Below are positions 49,753-61,852 of a stretch of 64,000 bases of DNA, one piece after another. The notes under the pieces were generated by a model. The model saw only the letters and a program-made list of their open reading frames with translations, searched no databases and was not told the origin of the DNA. Numbering within the stretch: position 1 is the first letter of the stretch; the number at the start of each line of letters is the position of its first letter. Both the position numbers and the translations under genes were made by a program. The DNA comes from an uncultured Oscillospiraceae bacterium (GTDB taxonomy: Bacteria > Bacillota > Clostridia > Peptostreptococcales > Anaerovoracaceae), in NCBI GenBank assembly GCA_964384725.1, contig CAYLLJ010000001.1:83093-147092 (forward strand). The letters are read 5' to 3'.

Positions 49753-51708
49753 TTAAACTTCTAAAGCTGCTCTGCGCCCGTCAGCAACCGCTTCAAAAAT
49801 CTTACCGACCTTTTTAGCATCGCCGATCACCTTGTATGGAATTCCCATCTTTTCAAGATCCTCGGCTAAAGGGTTATAAGAATCGGTTCCGATTGCCGAG
49901 ATAACCGTATCGACACCATCTAAGGAAAGCTCTCTGCCAACACAATCACAGACTATCTTGTTTTCAGTGACATCGACTACTTTGGTTTGTGTATGAATTT
50001 CAATACCTTTTTCCTTCAAGCGGGTAATCAAATAATCACGAGCAGGAGTTAAATCTTCGGTCGCAATATTATTCAGCATTTCTACAATTGTTACTTTGCG
50101 TCCGCCTAAAGTACGAAAATCATGGGCATCCGCCAGGAAATCTGCGGTTTCACATCCAACAGACCCGCCACCGATTATAACTATGTTTTGTCCGGCTGGT
50201 TTTTCGCTTCTCAAGGCCTCCCAAGCAGTCATAACATTTTTATGGCTGCTGCCGCTGAGCCATTTGGGTAGAATCGGTTTGCCGCCTGTTGCCAGAACAA
50301 CAAAATCAGCATTCATTTTTTTAATATCTTGAATTGTTGCAGCATGACCGACTATCACTTTAGCATCGGTTTTCTTCAACTCATTGATTAAAAACTTTAC
50401 CCCGCTTGCAAATTCCTGTTTTACCGGAGGATAGCTTGCTAAGATAAACTGACCGCCTAATTTATTAGATGCTTCCATTAGGGTAACATCATGCCCCCGT
50501 TCAGCTAACACTCTTGCTGCTTCCAGTCCGCCGGGTCCGCCGCCGACGACCAGTACTTTTTTCTTTACCGAAGCCGGATGAATGTCGTTCAAAACGACTT
50601 GGCCTACTGCAGGATTTATAGCACAGCGAATGGAATTGCCTATTAAAGATTGACCGAAGCATGTCAAACAGCCAATACAAGGACGGATATCGTCTTCACG
50701 GCCTTCTTTTGCCTTATTAGGCAACTCGGGATCACACATTATTGCACGACCCATATAGACGAAGTCCATCTTTCCGGTTTCGATCAGCATATCTGCTATC
50801 CAAGGTTCTTTAATACGTCCGGGGCAGCCAACAGGTATTGATACTGCGCGTTTGATTTCTTCTATATATGGAGCATTTATTGCTGTGGGTTTTCCGGTAG
50901 GAGGCAGCAATGTTCCTGAATCAAACAAGGAGCCGTTTGAAAAATCAAGATAGTCAACACCCGCCTTTTCCAGCAGTCTTGCAACATAGATATTGTCGAT
51001 CAGACGGTTGGAGCCAGGCTCCATTTCATCTGCAGACAGGCGTACACTGACAGGAAAATCCTCACCTACTTCTTTACGCACGGCCTCAACTACTTCAAGC
51101 AATATACGGACACGTCCGTTAATATCGCCGCCGTATTCGTCCGTACGCTTGTTCATGGTCGGAGACAAGAAATTGCCAAGCAAACCATGAGTATGAGCAC
51201 AGTGAATCTCTACTGAATCACAGCCTGCTTCTTTTGCCCGGCGAGCTGCATCTTTGTACTTTTGCACATATTCGGCAATATCTTCATGGGTCATTTCTAT
51301 AGGGACATCACCGCGGTTCCAAATGTGCGGAATCGGCGAGGCCGCTAACGGCATAACGCCGCTTATTGCAGAAGACGCAAAAGCGCCTGCTTGAATCAAT
51401 TGGGCTGAAACCTTTGCACCATGACGGTGTACAGCTTCAGTGATGCGAAAAAGACCTGCTGCAGTCTCATCATCATAAATACCGAACATCTTTGGCATGT
51501 ATCGACGGAGCCCGTCGATATCGCAAGCCTCGATTGTAATCAGTCCTGCGCCTCCCTTAGCCATATTTTCGTAATAACAAACCATTTCATCGGTTACTTC
51601 GCTTTTGTCTGATGCTTGATTAGAATGCATGGGAGGTACAAAGATACGATTACGCACCTCCATGTTTCGAAAACGGATAGGTTTAAACAAACTTGGATAC
51701 TTCGTCAT
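49753..51708 (-). CDS. NADH:flavin oxidoreductase (OYE TIM barrel + Fe-S + FAD/NAD domain; 2,4-dienoyl-CoA reductase/BaiCD-like fold)
   Basis: NRIFVPPM, FLSP..NKRTDEYGG, CIGCLTC..C, VVGGGPGGLEAA, IIGGGSVGCE. Confidence 0.9.
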   Translation of the reverse strand: MTKYPSLFKPIRFRNMEVRNRIFVPPMHSNQASDKSEVTDEMVCYYENMAKGGAGLITIEACDIDGLRRYMPKMFGIYDDETAAGLFRITEAVHRHGAKVSAQLIQAGAFASSAISGVMPLAASPIPHIWNRGDVPIEMTHEDIAEYVQKYKDAARRAKEAGCDSVEIHCAHTHGLLGNFLSPTMNKRTDEYGGDINGRVRILLEVVEAVRKEVGEDFPVSVRLSADEMEPGSNRLIDNIYVARLLEKAGVDYLDFSNGSLFDSGTLLPPTGKPTAINAPYIEEIKRAVSIPVGCPGRIKEPWIADMLIETGKMDFVYMGRAIMCDPELPNKAKEGREDDIRPCIGCLTCFGQSLIGNSIRCAINPAVGQVVLNDIHPASVKKKVLVVGGGPGGLEAARVLAERGHDVTLMEASNKLGGQFILASYPPVKQEFASGVKFLINELKKTDAKVIVGHAATIQDIKKMNADFVVLATGGKPILPKWLSGSSHKNVMTAWEALRSEKPAGQNIVIIGGGSVGCETADFLADAHDFRTLGGRKVTIVEMLNNIATEDLTPARDYLITRLKEKGIEIHTQTKVVDVTENKIVCDCVGRELSLDGVDTVISAIGTDSYNPLAEDLEKMGIPYKVIGDAKKVGKIFEAVADGRRAALEV

Positions 51709-51796
51709 AGATGTTCCCTCACTTTCTATTCTATAATTTGATACAAATAATATTTTTTATCCATTATTTTTATTTTGTCATGCATCAATATCATTG

Positions 51797-52108
51797 TCAT
51801 GCATCAATATCATTATGCTTCGGTGATTTTTTAACAATAAGACATGCCTTAACCAATGCAGATGCAACATCTGTCTCAAACTGCTGTTTAAAAAACTTAA
51901 GCTGAGCATACTGCTTCCCCGAATCAGATGTAGCATACTTTGGCGGCAGACTGTTCAGGGCCATAGCCAAAACGTCAGCTGTGCATTGCATGCAATCGCA
52001 CACATCCATTTGCTTCATGATTTCTGATATCTTCTCATACGCCAACAGCTCCACGATATTGACTACGAGATTTTCATCGAACAATGTACTGTTAGTATTA
52101 CGAATCAT
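51797..52108 (-). CDS. ComFB (late competence development) family protein
   Basis: VN.VE, CDC..C..D..A.ALN.LPPKY, C-terminal SPKH; RBS GAGGTGA. Confidence 0.88.
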   Translation of the reverse strand: MIRNTNSTLFDENLVVNIVELLAYEKISEIMKQMDVCDCMQCTADVLAMALNSLPPKYATSDSGKQYAQLKFFKQQFETDVASALVKACLIVKKSPKHNDIDA

Positions 52109-52165
52109 TTTTCACCTCACTGATGTTATAGAATTGTTAAAATGTTTATAATAATTAATTATCTG

Positions 52166-52477
52166 TTAATCCATCTTCTTCCAGATTACCGTAATAAGCT
52201 TGTATACACCGAAAACAGCGCCGGCGATTCCCAGAACAAAAAAAATGCCAAAAAAAATGTTGTCGGTTCCCACTTTGTTATCCAGCCAGTTTCCGGCTAA
52301 GACACCCAAAACTATGGGGGTGACAATGGTCATTCCAAGCTGGGAAATAAAGCTTATCGCTACAAATGCGCCTGCATAGATTGACTTACCGTTTTTCTCA
52401 TTTTCGCCATTCTTATCGCTTTCATTTTTCTTTTCGTCTTCGCTTATCTTTTCATCTTCATTTTTCATTTTGCTCAT
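52166..52477 (-). CDS. AtpZ/AtpI (ATPase gene 1) family two-TM protein
   Basis: ISQLGMTIVTPIVLGVLAGNWLDNKVGT..F...LG..GA pattern; GGAGG RBS lies inside the upstream gene. Confidence 0.78.
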   Translation of the reverse strand: MSKMKNEDEKISEDEKKNESDKNGENEKNGKSIYAGAFVAISFISQLGMTIVTPIVLGVLAGNWLDNKVGTDNIFFGIFFVLGIAGAVFGVYKLITVIWKKMD

Positions 52478-53897
52478 TCTTATCATCCTCCGCCTGGCTG
52501 TGCTTCAACACACAGTCTACAAAGATTTCTGCAATTTTCATGTCAAATTGGCTCCCGCTATTTTTCAAGATTTCTTCAATTGCTTCATCTTTTGTAAGAG
52601 TCTTTTTATATAATCTATTGCTGGTCATTGAATCATAGGCATCCGCTATACTTATGATTTTAGCTTGCATCGGTATTTCCGGCTCTCTCAGCCTTCTGGG
52701 ATATCCGTTTCCGTCAACTCTCTCATGATGACAGAGCAAATATTCCGCAATGCCGGCAAATTCATTAACTGAACTTAAAATATGATATCCGATTTCAGGA
52801 TGTCTTTCCATCTCCGCTCGTTCTTCACTTGTAAATATGCCTGTATTTCTTAATAATTTTTCATCAAGTCCGATTTTGCCTAGATCATGAAGAAGTCCGG
52901 CCGTCTTTAATTCCAAAACCTCACTTTCTCTCAGTCCCATACATATTCCGGTCAACTCGCAAAGCTGGCTGACCCTCTCGCAATGCACCAGTTCTGACGC
53001 AGACTTTTTGAATAAGGTTTCACGGATTATATTTACCGTTTTATAACGTATGCTTTTGCTTTCCGTTAATTTATCATGGTACATCCGGTCTTCTGCCAGC
53101 ATATAGACGTCCTTCATATTTTCTTCGGGCGAGTTCTTAACACCCAGACCAAGTGAAACAGATGATAAAATATTTCTTCTTCCTTTTTTTACTGCATTGC
53201 TTATACGCTCTTTGATACTTTCTGCTTCCCTGATAGTGGTTCGCGGCAGGAGAATAACGAATTCATCCCCCCCAACCCTTGCAACAACGTCATCTGACCT
53301 GCAAATCTTCTTCATGATACATGCAACCCTCTGAAGCAGCCGATCACCTTCAATATGTCCGAAGGCATCGTTTGTAAGCTTCAATCCATTTACATCTGCC
53401 ATAATCAATGAAATCGGCAAATTATCTTTTATGTCGATTCTCTCTAATTCCTCATCATAAAATCTTCGATTATACAAGCCGGTCAGTTGATCATGATAAT
53501 TCAAATAAGCAGCTTCTTCTGCTTGCTTTTGTGCCGTAATATCCCTGAAAAATCCTGCGATAGCAACTAAGTTTCCGGATTCATCATAGCATGGTTTATT
53601 AAATACTTCTCTGTATTCTCCATTCTTCAGATGCACTTCGCGGTGATCCTGGGTTTTTTCTCCGATTGTCGCAAGATCACTGTTAAAAAATAATTCAGAC
53701 TCTTGACCTGAAAAAAGGTCTGTGTCTTTTCTTCCCAGAATCTCTTCCCTTGTTTTTCCTATAAATTCTTTAAAGCTCTTGTTCACAATAATATATCTGC
53801 CATCCGTATCCTTGTACCATAATACTTTAGGGAGTGCATCGATTAATGACTGCATGTTTGCAATCATTCTGTTTAGTTCCTGCAGCTTGCTATTCAT
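52458..53897 (-). CDS. PAS-GGDEF-HD-GYP protein (diguanylate cyclase/phosphodiesterase)
   Basis: PAS (KDTDGRYIIVNKSF), DQLTGLYNRR, RSDD I-site, GGDEF, LHDLGK, HHERVDGNGYP. Confidence 0.94.
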   Translation of the reverse strand: MNSKLQELNRMIANMQSLIDALPKVLWYKDTDGRYIIVNKSFKEFIGKTREEILGRKDTDLFSGQESELFFNSDLATIGEKTQDHREVHLKNGEYREVFNKPCYDESGNLVAIAGFFRDITAQKQAEEAAYLNYHDQLTGLYNRRFYDEELERIDIKDNLPISLIMADVNGLKLTNDAFGHIEGDRLLQRVACIMKKICRSDDVVARVGGDEFVILLPRTTIREAESIKERISNAVKKGRRNILSSVSLGLGVKNSPEENMKDVYMLAEDRMYHDKLTESKSIRYKTVNIIRETLFKKSASELVHCERVSQLCELTGICMGLRESEVLELKTAGLLHDLGKIGLDEKLLRNTGIFTSEERAEMERHPEIGYHILSSVNEFAGIAEYLLCHHERVDGNGYPRRLREPEIPMQAKIISIADAYDSMTSNRLYKKTLTKDEAIEEILKNSGSQFDMKIAEIFVDCVLKHSQAEDDKNEQNEK

Positions 53898-53929
53898 AAA
53901 ATATCCTCTTTATTGTATAGTTTAAGATG

Positions 53930-54682
53930 TCACTTTTCTCTAACATAAATCAACTTGTTATTTGAGCCGCTGATCCTTTCTGATTTGATTTCAAATAAGT
54001 CGAGGGATTGAATAAACGGTGTGAATTTATTGAAGCCGAAATTACGAACATCAAAGTCGGGATATCTCTTTTGCAGCTTGTTTCTTATGTCCCCTATGAA
54101 TATCCACTCATCTTCATCGTCATTTTCCTGAACTATTGTTATTATCGCCTTCTTGATGGTGTCGGAATTGGTCATTTTGTCTTCGTTCTCATTCATGTCT
54201 TTATGTTTTCTTATAATCGTTTCCGCAGGCTGATCTGCCATTGCAAGCAAATCCAAATATTTAAATTTATTACATGCAGATATAAAAGGTTTAGGGGTTT
54301 TGCTTTCTCCCATTCCAACAACGTCCATACCGGATTCTCTGAGTCTGGATGCCAGTCTGGTAAAGTCGCTGTCACTTGAAACGAGACAAAATCCGTCTAC
54401 GTTTTCTGAATACAGTATATCCATAGCATCAATAATCATAGCTGAGTCCGTTGCATTTTTTCCTGTTGTATAACCGTATTGCTGTATAGGGGTGATGGAA
54501 TGCTCTAACAGCACATTTTTCCATGAGGCAAGAGCCGGTTTTGTCCAGTCGCCGTAAATTCGCTTATATGTTACGATTCCGTCATTGGAGATTTCATCTA
54601 ATATAAATTTGATATATTTATCTGATATGTTGTCTGCGTCTATTAGGACCGCATAGCGTTTATCATTATTTTCATTTTTCAT
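53930..54682 (-). CDS. NYN (LabA/DUF88) ribonuclease with C-terminal OST-HTH/LOTUS domain
   Basis: AVLIDADN, IYGDW, KNATDSAMIIDAMD, SSDSDFTRL, PDFDVRNFGF.KF. Confidence 0.9.
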   Translation of the reverse strand: MKNENNDKRYAVLIDADNISDKYIKFILDEISNDGIVTYKRIYGDWTKPALASWKNVLLEHSITPIQQYGYTTGKNATDSAMIIDAMDILYSENVDGFCLVSSDSDFTRLASRLRESGMDVVGMGESKTPKPFISACNKFKYLDLLAMADQPAETIIRKHKDMNENEDKMTNSDTIKKAIITIVQENDDEDEWIFIGDIRNKLQKRYPDFDVRNFGFNKFTPFIQSLDLFEIKSERISGSNNKLIYVREK

Positions 54683-54751
54683 TTTTCTTCACCTCATCAA
54701 TAATTGCAGCAGAAATCTATTAATTCAGCTATCAGCTGAAAAGATCCCGGT

Positions 54752-55732
54752 TTAAATCCCGAGACCGAAGTTTTCTTTAACTCGATTCATTGTATTTTCT
54801 GAAATGACCGTCGCCCTTTCTGCTCCTTCCCTTAGAATACGGATGAGCTCTTCAGATTCACGGATTTCATAATACCGCTGTTGAATAGGTGTGATCGATT
54901 CAACTGTAACCTCGACAAGGTCTTTTTTAAATACACCATAACCGCTGCCTTCATATTTTTTCTCAATATCCGCAACCGGCAATCCCGAAAATGCGCTGTA
55001 AATATTCAGCAGATTACTGATGCCCGGTTTATTCTCCATATCAAAGCGAATTTCACCCTCGGAGTCAGTCGTTGATTTCATAATGGATTTTTTGATTTTG
55101 ACGGAGTCATCCAGAAGAGAAATTCTACTGTGTATGTTTTCTGCACTCTTGCTCATCTTGACGGCAGGCTCATCCAACGACATGATTCTTGCGCCTTCCT
55201 TTAAAAATCGTCCTTCCGGCACAACAAAGGTCTTCCCGTATTTATTGTTCACCCTTATTGCTATATCTCTTGTGATTTCTATATGTTGTTTTTGGTCGTT
55301 TCCCACCGGCACAACATCACTGTCATAAAGAAGTATATCAGCAGCCATCAAGGTAGGATAGGCAAACAGTCCTGTTGGCGCCGATTCGTTTCCTCTGCTT
55401 TTTTGTTTGAATTGTGTCATTCTGGACAGTTCACCTGTATAAGAGTTGCACAGCAGTATCCATGCCAATTCTGAATGGCCGGAAACCATGGATTGAACAA
55501 AAATTATGGATTTCTTTGGGTTTAGGCCTGTTGCAATATATAGTGCGGCGACATCCAGTATGTTTTTTCTCAAAATCTTAGGATCCTGAGGCAGTGTTAT
55601 AGAATGCAGGTCTACTATGCAATAAACGCAGTCGTTTTCCTCCTGAAGTTCTACAAATTGCTTTAACGCGCCCAGGTAATTGCCAATATGAATATTCCCC
55701 GTAGGCTGCACTCCCGAAAAAACCTTTTTCAT
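54752..55732 (-). CDS. trpS: Tryptophan--tRNA ligase
   Basis: SGVQPTG..HIGNY, YPTLMAADIL, VPVGNDQKQH, KMSKS. Confidence 0.97.
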   Translation of the reverse strand: MKKVFSGVQPTGNIHIGNYLGALKQFVELQEENDCVYCIVDLHSITLPQDPKILRKNILDVAALYIATGLNPKKSIIFVQSMVSGHSELAWILLCNSYTGELSRMTQFKQKSRGNESAPTGLFAYPTLMAADILLYDSDVVPVGNDQKQHIEITRDIAIRVNNKYGKTFVVPEGRFLKEGARIMSLDEPAVKMSKSAENIHSRISLLDDSVKIKKSIMKSTTDSEGEIRFDMENKPGISNLLNIYSAFSGLPVADIEKKYEGSGYGVFKKDLVEVTVESITPIQQRYYEIRESEELIRILREGAERATVISENTMNRVKENFGLGI

Positions 55733-55759
55733 TGAACGTCTCCTTTATGCATTTCAATT

Positions 55760-56503
55760 TTACGCTTTTACCGCCGTCTTAAATTTGTCACGGATTTTTT
55801 TCTCAAGTCTGGATATGGTCATTTGAGAAACACCCATATCAGATGCTATCATCTGCTGTGTTTCATTATCGAAATATCTTCGTTTAAAAATATCTCTTTC
55901 TTTTTCCGACATGTCTTCCATAACTGTCTTTATCAATTCCGCATTTTCAAAGCTGCTGTATCCGGGTTCATCTATTCCGGTATGTTTCTCCAGTACAGCA
56001 CCGTCTTCCCCTCCCTCGTCAAAAGTCTGGTTCAGTGAATATGTGCTGTAAGCCTGTCCGCCTTCCATGGCTTCCAGAATTTCCTCTTCCGTATAGCCGA
56101 GATATTCTGAAAGCTCTTTTATAGTTGGAATACGGTTATACTTTGCATATAGGGTTTCTTTTGCCGGAGTTATCTGTGCGGAAATTTCCTTCAGTCTTCT
56201 TGGAACCTTGATAGCCCAGCCCTTATCACGGAAGTATCTTTTGATTTCACCGATGATAGTCGGCGTTGCAAAGCTGGTAAACTCAAATCCCTTGGATACG
56301 TCATATCTTTCGACAGCAAAAACTAAGGCCATGGAGCCAACTTGATACAAGTCTTCATAATCCACACCCTTATTCAAGTATTTCTTAATTAATATATCAA
56401 CGATATAAAGATACTTTTCGACGAGTTCATTTCTGAGCTCAATGCTTCCGGTTTCATGGTATCTTTCGAAAAGATCCTTGTTACCTGTTTCTGATGAGGT
56501 CAT
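55760..56503 (-). CDS. sigB: General stress sigma factor SigB
   Basis: EDLYQVG...AVERYD..KGFEFTSFATPTIIGEIKRYFRDKGW...PRRLKE, SQMTISRL; follows rsbV-rsbW. Confidence 0.9.
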   Translation of the reverse strand: MTSSETGNKDLFERYHETGSIELRNELVEKYLYIVDILIKKYLNKGVDYEDLYQVGSMALVFAVERYDVSKGFEFTSFATPTIIGEIKRYFRDKGWAIKVPRRLKEISAQITPAKETLYAKYNRIPTIKELSEYLGYTEEEILEAMEGGQAYSTYSLNQTFDEGGEDGAVLEKHTGIDEPGYSSFENAELIKTVMEDMSEKERDIFKRRYFDNETQQMIASDMGVSQMTISRLEKKIRDKFKTAVKA

Positions 56504-56531
56504 GAAACACCTCCGCTCAAGCGAATCTATA

Positions 56532-56942
56532 TTAAATGCTGTTTAAATATTTTACCATTTTTATGCTGGTACCAAGACCTAATTCAGAAAAAATATCCAC
56601 TTCATCCATAAGTGTCTTTATTATAAAGATTCCGAGACCTCCCTCCTTGGGGTTATTTATTACCGGTCTTCTGTATTTTGAAATATCATATCCGCCAGCA
56701 CGATCGATAACTGAGATAATAATTCTTCCTTCCCCCACTTCACAAGAAACCTCGTAACATTCCCCGCGATTGGGTCGTCCGTGACATACAACATTTGTGC
56801 ATGCTTCGGAAACTGCCACCTTGATGTCCTCTACAGCCTCAATGTCAAACCCTGCGCAATTGGCAAGAGAAGATACCGCCAATCGAATGGTCCCAACATA
56901 TTCAGGCTTCCCGGGCACTGAAAATCTCAATATATCTGTCAT
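56532..56942 (-). CDS. rsbW: Anti-sigma B kinase
   Basis: P.KPEYVG.IRL, EDIKVAVSEACTN, EGGLGIFII..LMDEV. Confidence 0.92.
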   Translation of the reverse strand: MTDILRFSVPGKPEYVGTIRLAVSSLANCAGFDIEAVEDIKVAVSEACTNVVCHGRPNRGECYEVSCEVGEGRIIISVIDRAGGYDISKYRRPVINNPKEGGLGIFIIKTLMDEVDIFSELGLGTSIKMVKYLNSI

Positions 56943-56965
56943 TTTTCTCTCCTCTTTCAAAGTTG

Positions 56966-57283
56966 TTAAATTTCCGGACAAAGTATTCTGTCGAGACTGA
57001 TTATATTGAGCAGTTTCTTAATATTGTCTTTTGGGTTAATTAGAGTGATTCGATTTTTATTTTCCTTCATTTTACTCATAGTTCCGATGATTACGCCAAG
57101 GCCGGTACTGTCAATGTAATTTAATTCCTCTAAATACAACACAATATCAGCCTTTTTTTCCTGAAAGGCATTATCGAGGCAAGCTCTAAGCTTTGGCGCG
57201 GTCGAAATATCCACTTCCCCCGCTGCCTTTATCTCCCATTGGTTCAATTCTCTGTTAAAACTGCTCTGAATCTGTAAAGACAT
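56966..57283 (-). CDS. rsbV: Anti-anti-sigma factor (STAS)
   Basis: GEVDISTAPKLR, YIDSTGLG phospho-Ser motif. Confidence 0.92.
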   Translation of the reverse strand: MSLQIQSSFNRELNQWEIKAAGEVDISTAPKLRACLDNAFQEKKADIVLYLEELNYIDSTGLGVIIGTMSKMKENKNRITLINPKDNIKKLLNIISLDRILCPEI

Positions 57284-57304
57284 TCCTACTTCCTCCTCAA
57301 ATTT

Positions 57305-57329
57305 ATACCCTAAGCAAGAGGTTCTAAAC
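57305..57329 (-). promoter_or_regulatory. SigB-dependent promoter upstream of rsbV
   Basis: GTTTAG-13 bp-GGGTAT in the 47-bp gyrA-rsbV gap; SigB consensus is GTTTAA-N12-14-GGGTAT. Confidence 0.8.
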
Positions 57330-57330
57330 T

Positions 57331-59862
57331 TTATTCCGTATCAAGCGTCATCTGGATAGCCTGTTCGGCTTTCTTTTCATTTTCGCCGTCAACAGTATTT
57401 TTTTCCTCATTCCCATCGTATTCTTCGTCTTTGATAACTTTTGCCATAGTAATTATATTGGCCTTTTCATCAACACGCATAATCTTAACTCCTTGCGTCG
57501 CCCTTCCTAATCTGGACACTTCACCGGCCTTGATCCTAATGATGATTCCATCGGAGTTTATCAATAATATTTCATCATCTTCATTTACTGTCATGGCACC
57601 GATAAGTGCACCGGTCTTCTTGAACTTGGCCTTGTCATAGGTAAGAAGTCCTTTTCCTCCCCGCGCCTGTATCTTGTATTCTTCCACGGCAGTTCTCTTA
57701 CCGTAACCGTTTTGTGTTACGACCAGCAGTTCCTCATGTTTTTCGGCAAGTTCCATTGCGACAACTTCATCACCTTTGTCAAGCTTAATAGCTCTTACGC
57801 CGCCGGCAAGCCTTCCCATGGGTCTGACATCCTCTTCAGAGAAGCAGATGCATTTTCCATGCTTTGTAACTATAATTACATTGCTGGTTCCCGAAGTCTG
57901 TTTTATGCCGATAAGCTCATCCTTTTCCTTCAGTTTGATAGCAATCAGTCCTGTTTTTCGGTTGGTATCAAACTGTGACAGGTCTGTCTTTTTAATAATT
58001 CCTTGTTTTGTAACACCGATCAGGTACTTATCTCCCTCGAAGTCCCGGATTGGAATTACTGCATTAATTCTTTCCCGTGGCATAAGGTTAAGAAAGTTTA
58101 CAGCCGGCGTTCCTTTTGCTATTCTTTGCGCTTCCGGGATTTCATATGCTTTTATTTTATGCGCTTTGCCTGTGTTTGTAAAGAACATCAGATAATCGTG
58201 CGTAGAAGTCATAATCAAGTCCTTCACAAAGTCGTTATCTCGAGTTGTTACTCCCATAACACCTTTTCCGCCGCGTCTTTGTGTTTTATAAGTATCGGCC
58301 GATACCCTCTTAATATATCCCAGGTAAGTGAGTGTTATCGCAACTTTTTCTTCTTGGATCAAATCTTCTTCGTCGATGTCTTCTGCATCTGCTTTTATTT
58401 CTGTCTTTCTTTTTACTCCGAACTTCTTTCTGATTTCCAGCAGTTCTTCTTTAATTATATTCAAAAGAATATTCTCGTCTGCCAAAACCTTTTTGAACCA
58501 GGCGATCTGTTCCATAAGTTCATTGTATTCATTCTCGATCTTTTCACGTTCCAAGCCTTGTAATCTGGCAAGCCTCATGTCTAAAATCGCTTGAGCTTGA
58601 ATCTCGCTGAGCCCGAATCGTTCAATCAGGCGTGGCTTTGCATCGTTATAGCTTTCACGAATAGTTTTTATTACTTCGTCAATATGGTCTAAGGCAATTC
58701 GTAAGCCTTCTAAGATATGTGCTCTATCCTCTGCCTTTTTTAGATCATAAATAGTTCTTCTGGTTATTACTTCCTTTTGATGATTTAAATATACTTCAAG
58801 CATCTGCTTCAGATTCATAGTGACCGGTTTGCCGTCCACCAAAGCAAGCATAATCATGCTGTAATTATCCTGAAGCTGAGTGTGTTTGTAAAGCCTGTTT
58901 AATGTGATTTGTGGGTTTGCATCTCTTTTAAGCTCAATAACGATTCTCATTCCGCTTCTGTCGGATTCATCACGTATATCGGAAATCTGATCAAGTCTTT
59001 TTTCTCTGATTAGCTCTGCAATTTTTTCTATGACCCTGGCTTTATTAACCTGATAAGGAATTTCTGTAAAAACGATCTGTTGTTTGCCCTTACCGGTTTC
59101 TTCGATCTCTGCCTTTGCTCTGACGGTTACTTTTCCCTGACCGGTACGGTAAGCATCCTTTGCTGAGTTCCTGCCCATTATAATAGCACCGGTCGGAAAG
59201 TCCGGAGCTTTGACTATCTTTATCAGATCTTCCAGTTTTGCATCCTGATCATCGATAAGTTTAATGGTTGCATCAATAACATCCTTAAGATTATGCGGAG
59301 GTATGGATGTAGCCATTCCGACGGCAATCCCATTAGATCCGTTTACCAGCAGGTTGGGATAACGTGCTGGAAGAACTACCGGTTCTTGCTCTTCTTCATC
59401 GAAGTTGGGCATGAAGTCAACTGTGTTTTTCTCGATATCGCGAAGCATCTGAAGCGCAAACGGTGTCATTCTGGCTTCTGTATATCTCATGGCAGCCGCA
59501 CCGTCTCCGTCAACAGAACCAAAGTTTCCATGTCCGTCAACCAAAGGGCAGTTAATTGAGAACTCCTGTGCCATTCTTACCATTGCATCGTAAATTGATG
59601 AGTCTCCGTGGGGGTGATATTTACCCATGACTTCACCGACGATACGCGCTGATTTTTTATGTGGCTTGTCAGGTGTTACGCCCAACTCGCTCATTCCGTA
59701 AAGAATTCTTCTGTGAACCGGCTTGAGCCCGTCCCTTGCATCCGGCAGCGCCCTGCTTACTATTACGCTCATAGCATAATCGATATAGGAGTTCTTCATC
59801 TCATCATGGATTTCATGCTGTATAAGCTTTGTATCTTCTATAAAACTTGTTGTCATTGTCAT
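57331..59862 (-). CDS. gyrA: DNA gyrase subunit A
   Basis: [23 protein letters not shown], GyrA-box QRRGGKG. Confidence 0.98.
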   Translation of the reverse strand: MTMTTSFIEDTKLIQHEIHDEMKNSYIDYAMSVIVSRALPDARDGLKPVHRRILYGMSELGVTPDKPHKKSARIVGEVMGKYHPHGDSSIYDAMVRMAQEFSINCPLVDGHGNFGSVDGDGAAAMRYTEARMTPFALQMLRDIEKNTVDFMPNFDEEEQEPVVLPARYPNLLVNGSNGIAVGMATSIPPHNLKDVIDATIKLIDDQDAKLEDLIKIVKAPDFPTGAIIMGRNSAKDAYRTGQGKVTVRAKAEIEETGKGKQQIVFTEIPYQVNKARVIEKIAELIREKRLDQISDIRDESDRSGMRIVIELKRDANPQITLNRLYKHTQLQDNYSMIMLALVDGKPVTMNLKQMLEVYLNHQKEVITRRTIYDLKKAEDRAHILEGLRIALDHIDEVIKTIRESYNDAKPRLIERFGLSEIQAQAILDMRLARLQGLEREKIENEYNELMEQIAWFKKVLADENILLNIIKEELLEIRKKFGVKRKTEIKADAEDIDEEDLIQEEKVAITLTYLGYIKRVSADTYKTQRRGGKGVMGVTTRDNDFVKDLIMTSTHDYLMFFTNTGKAHKIKAYEIPEAQRIAKGTPAVNFLNLMPRERINAVIPIRDFEGDKYLIGVTKQGIIKKTDLSQFDTNRKTGLIAIKLKEKDELIGIKQTSGTSNVIIVTKHGKCICFSEEDVRPMGRLAGGVRAIKLDKGDEVVAMELAEKHEELLVVTQNGYGKRTAVEEYKIQARGGKGLLTYDKAKFKKTGALIGAMTVNEDDEILLINSDGIIIRIKAGEVSRLGRATQGVKIMRVDEKANIITMAKVIKDEEYDGNEEKNTVDGENEKKAEQAIQMTLDTE

Positions 59863-59869
59863 CCGTCTC

Positions 59870-61852
<1,983 letters not shown>

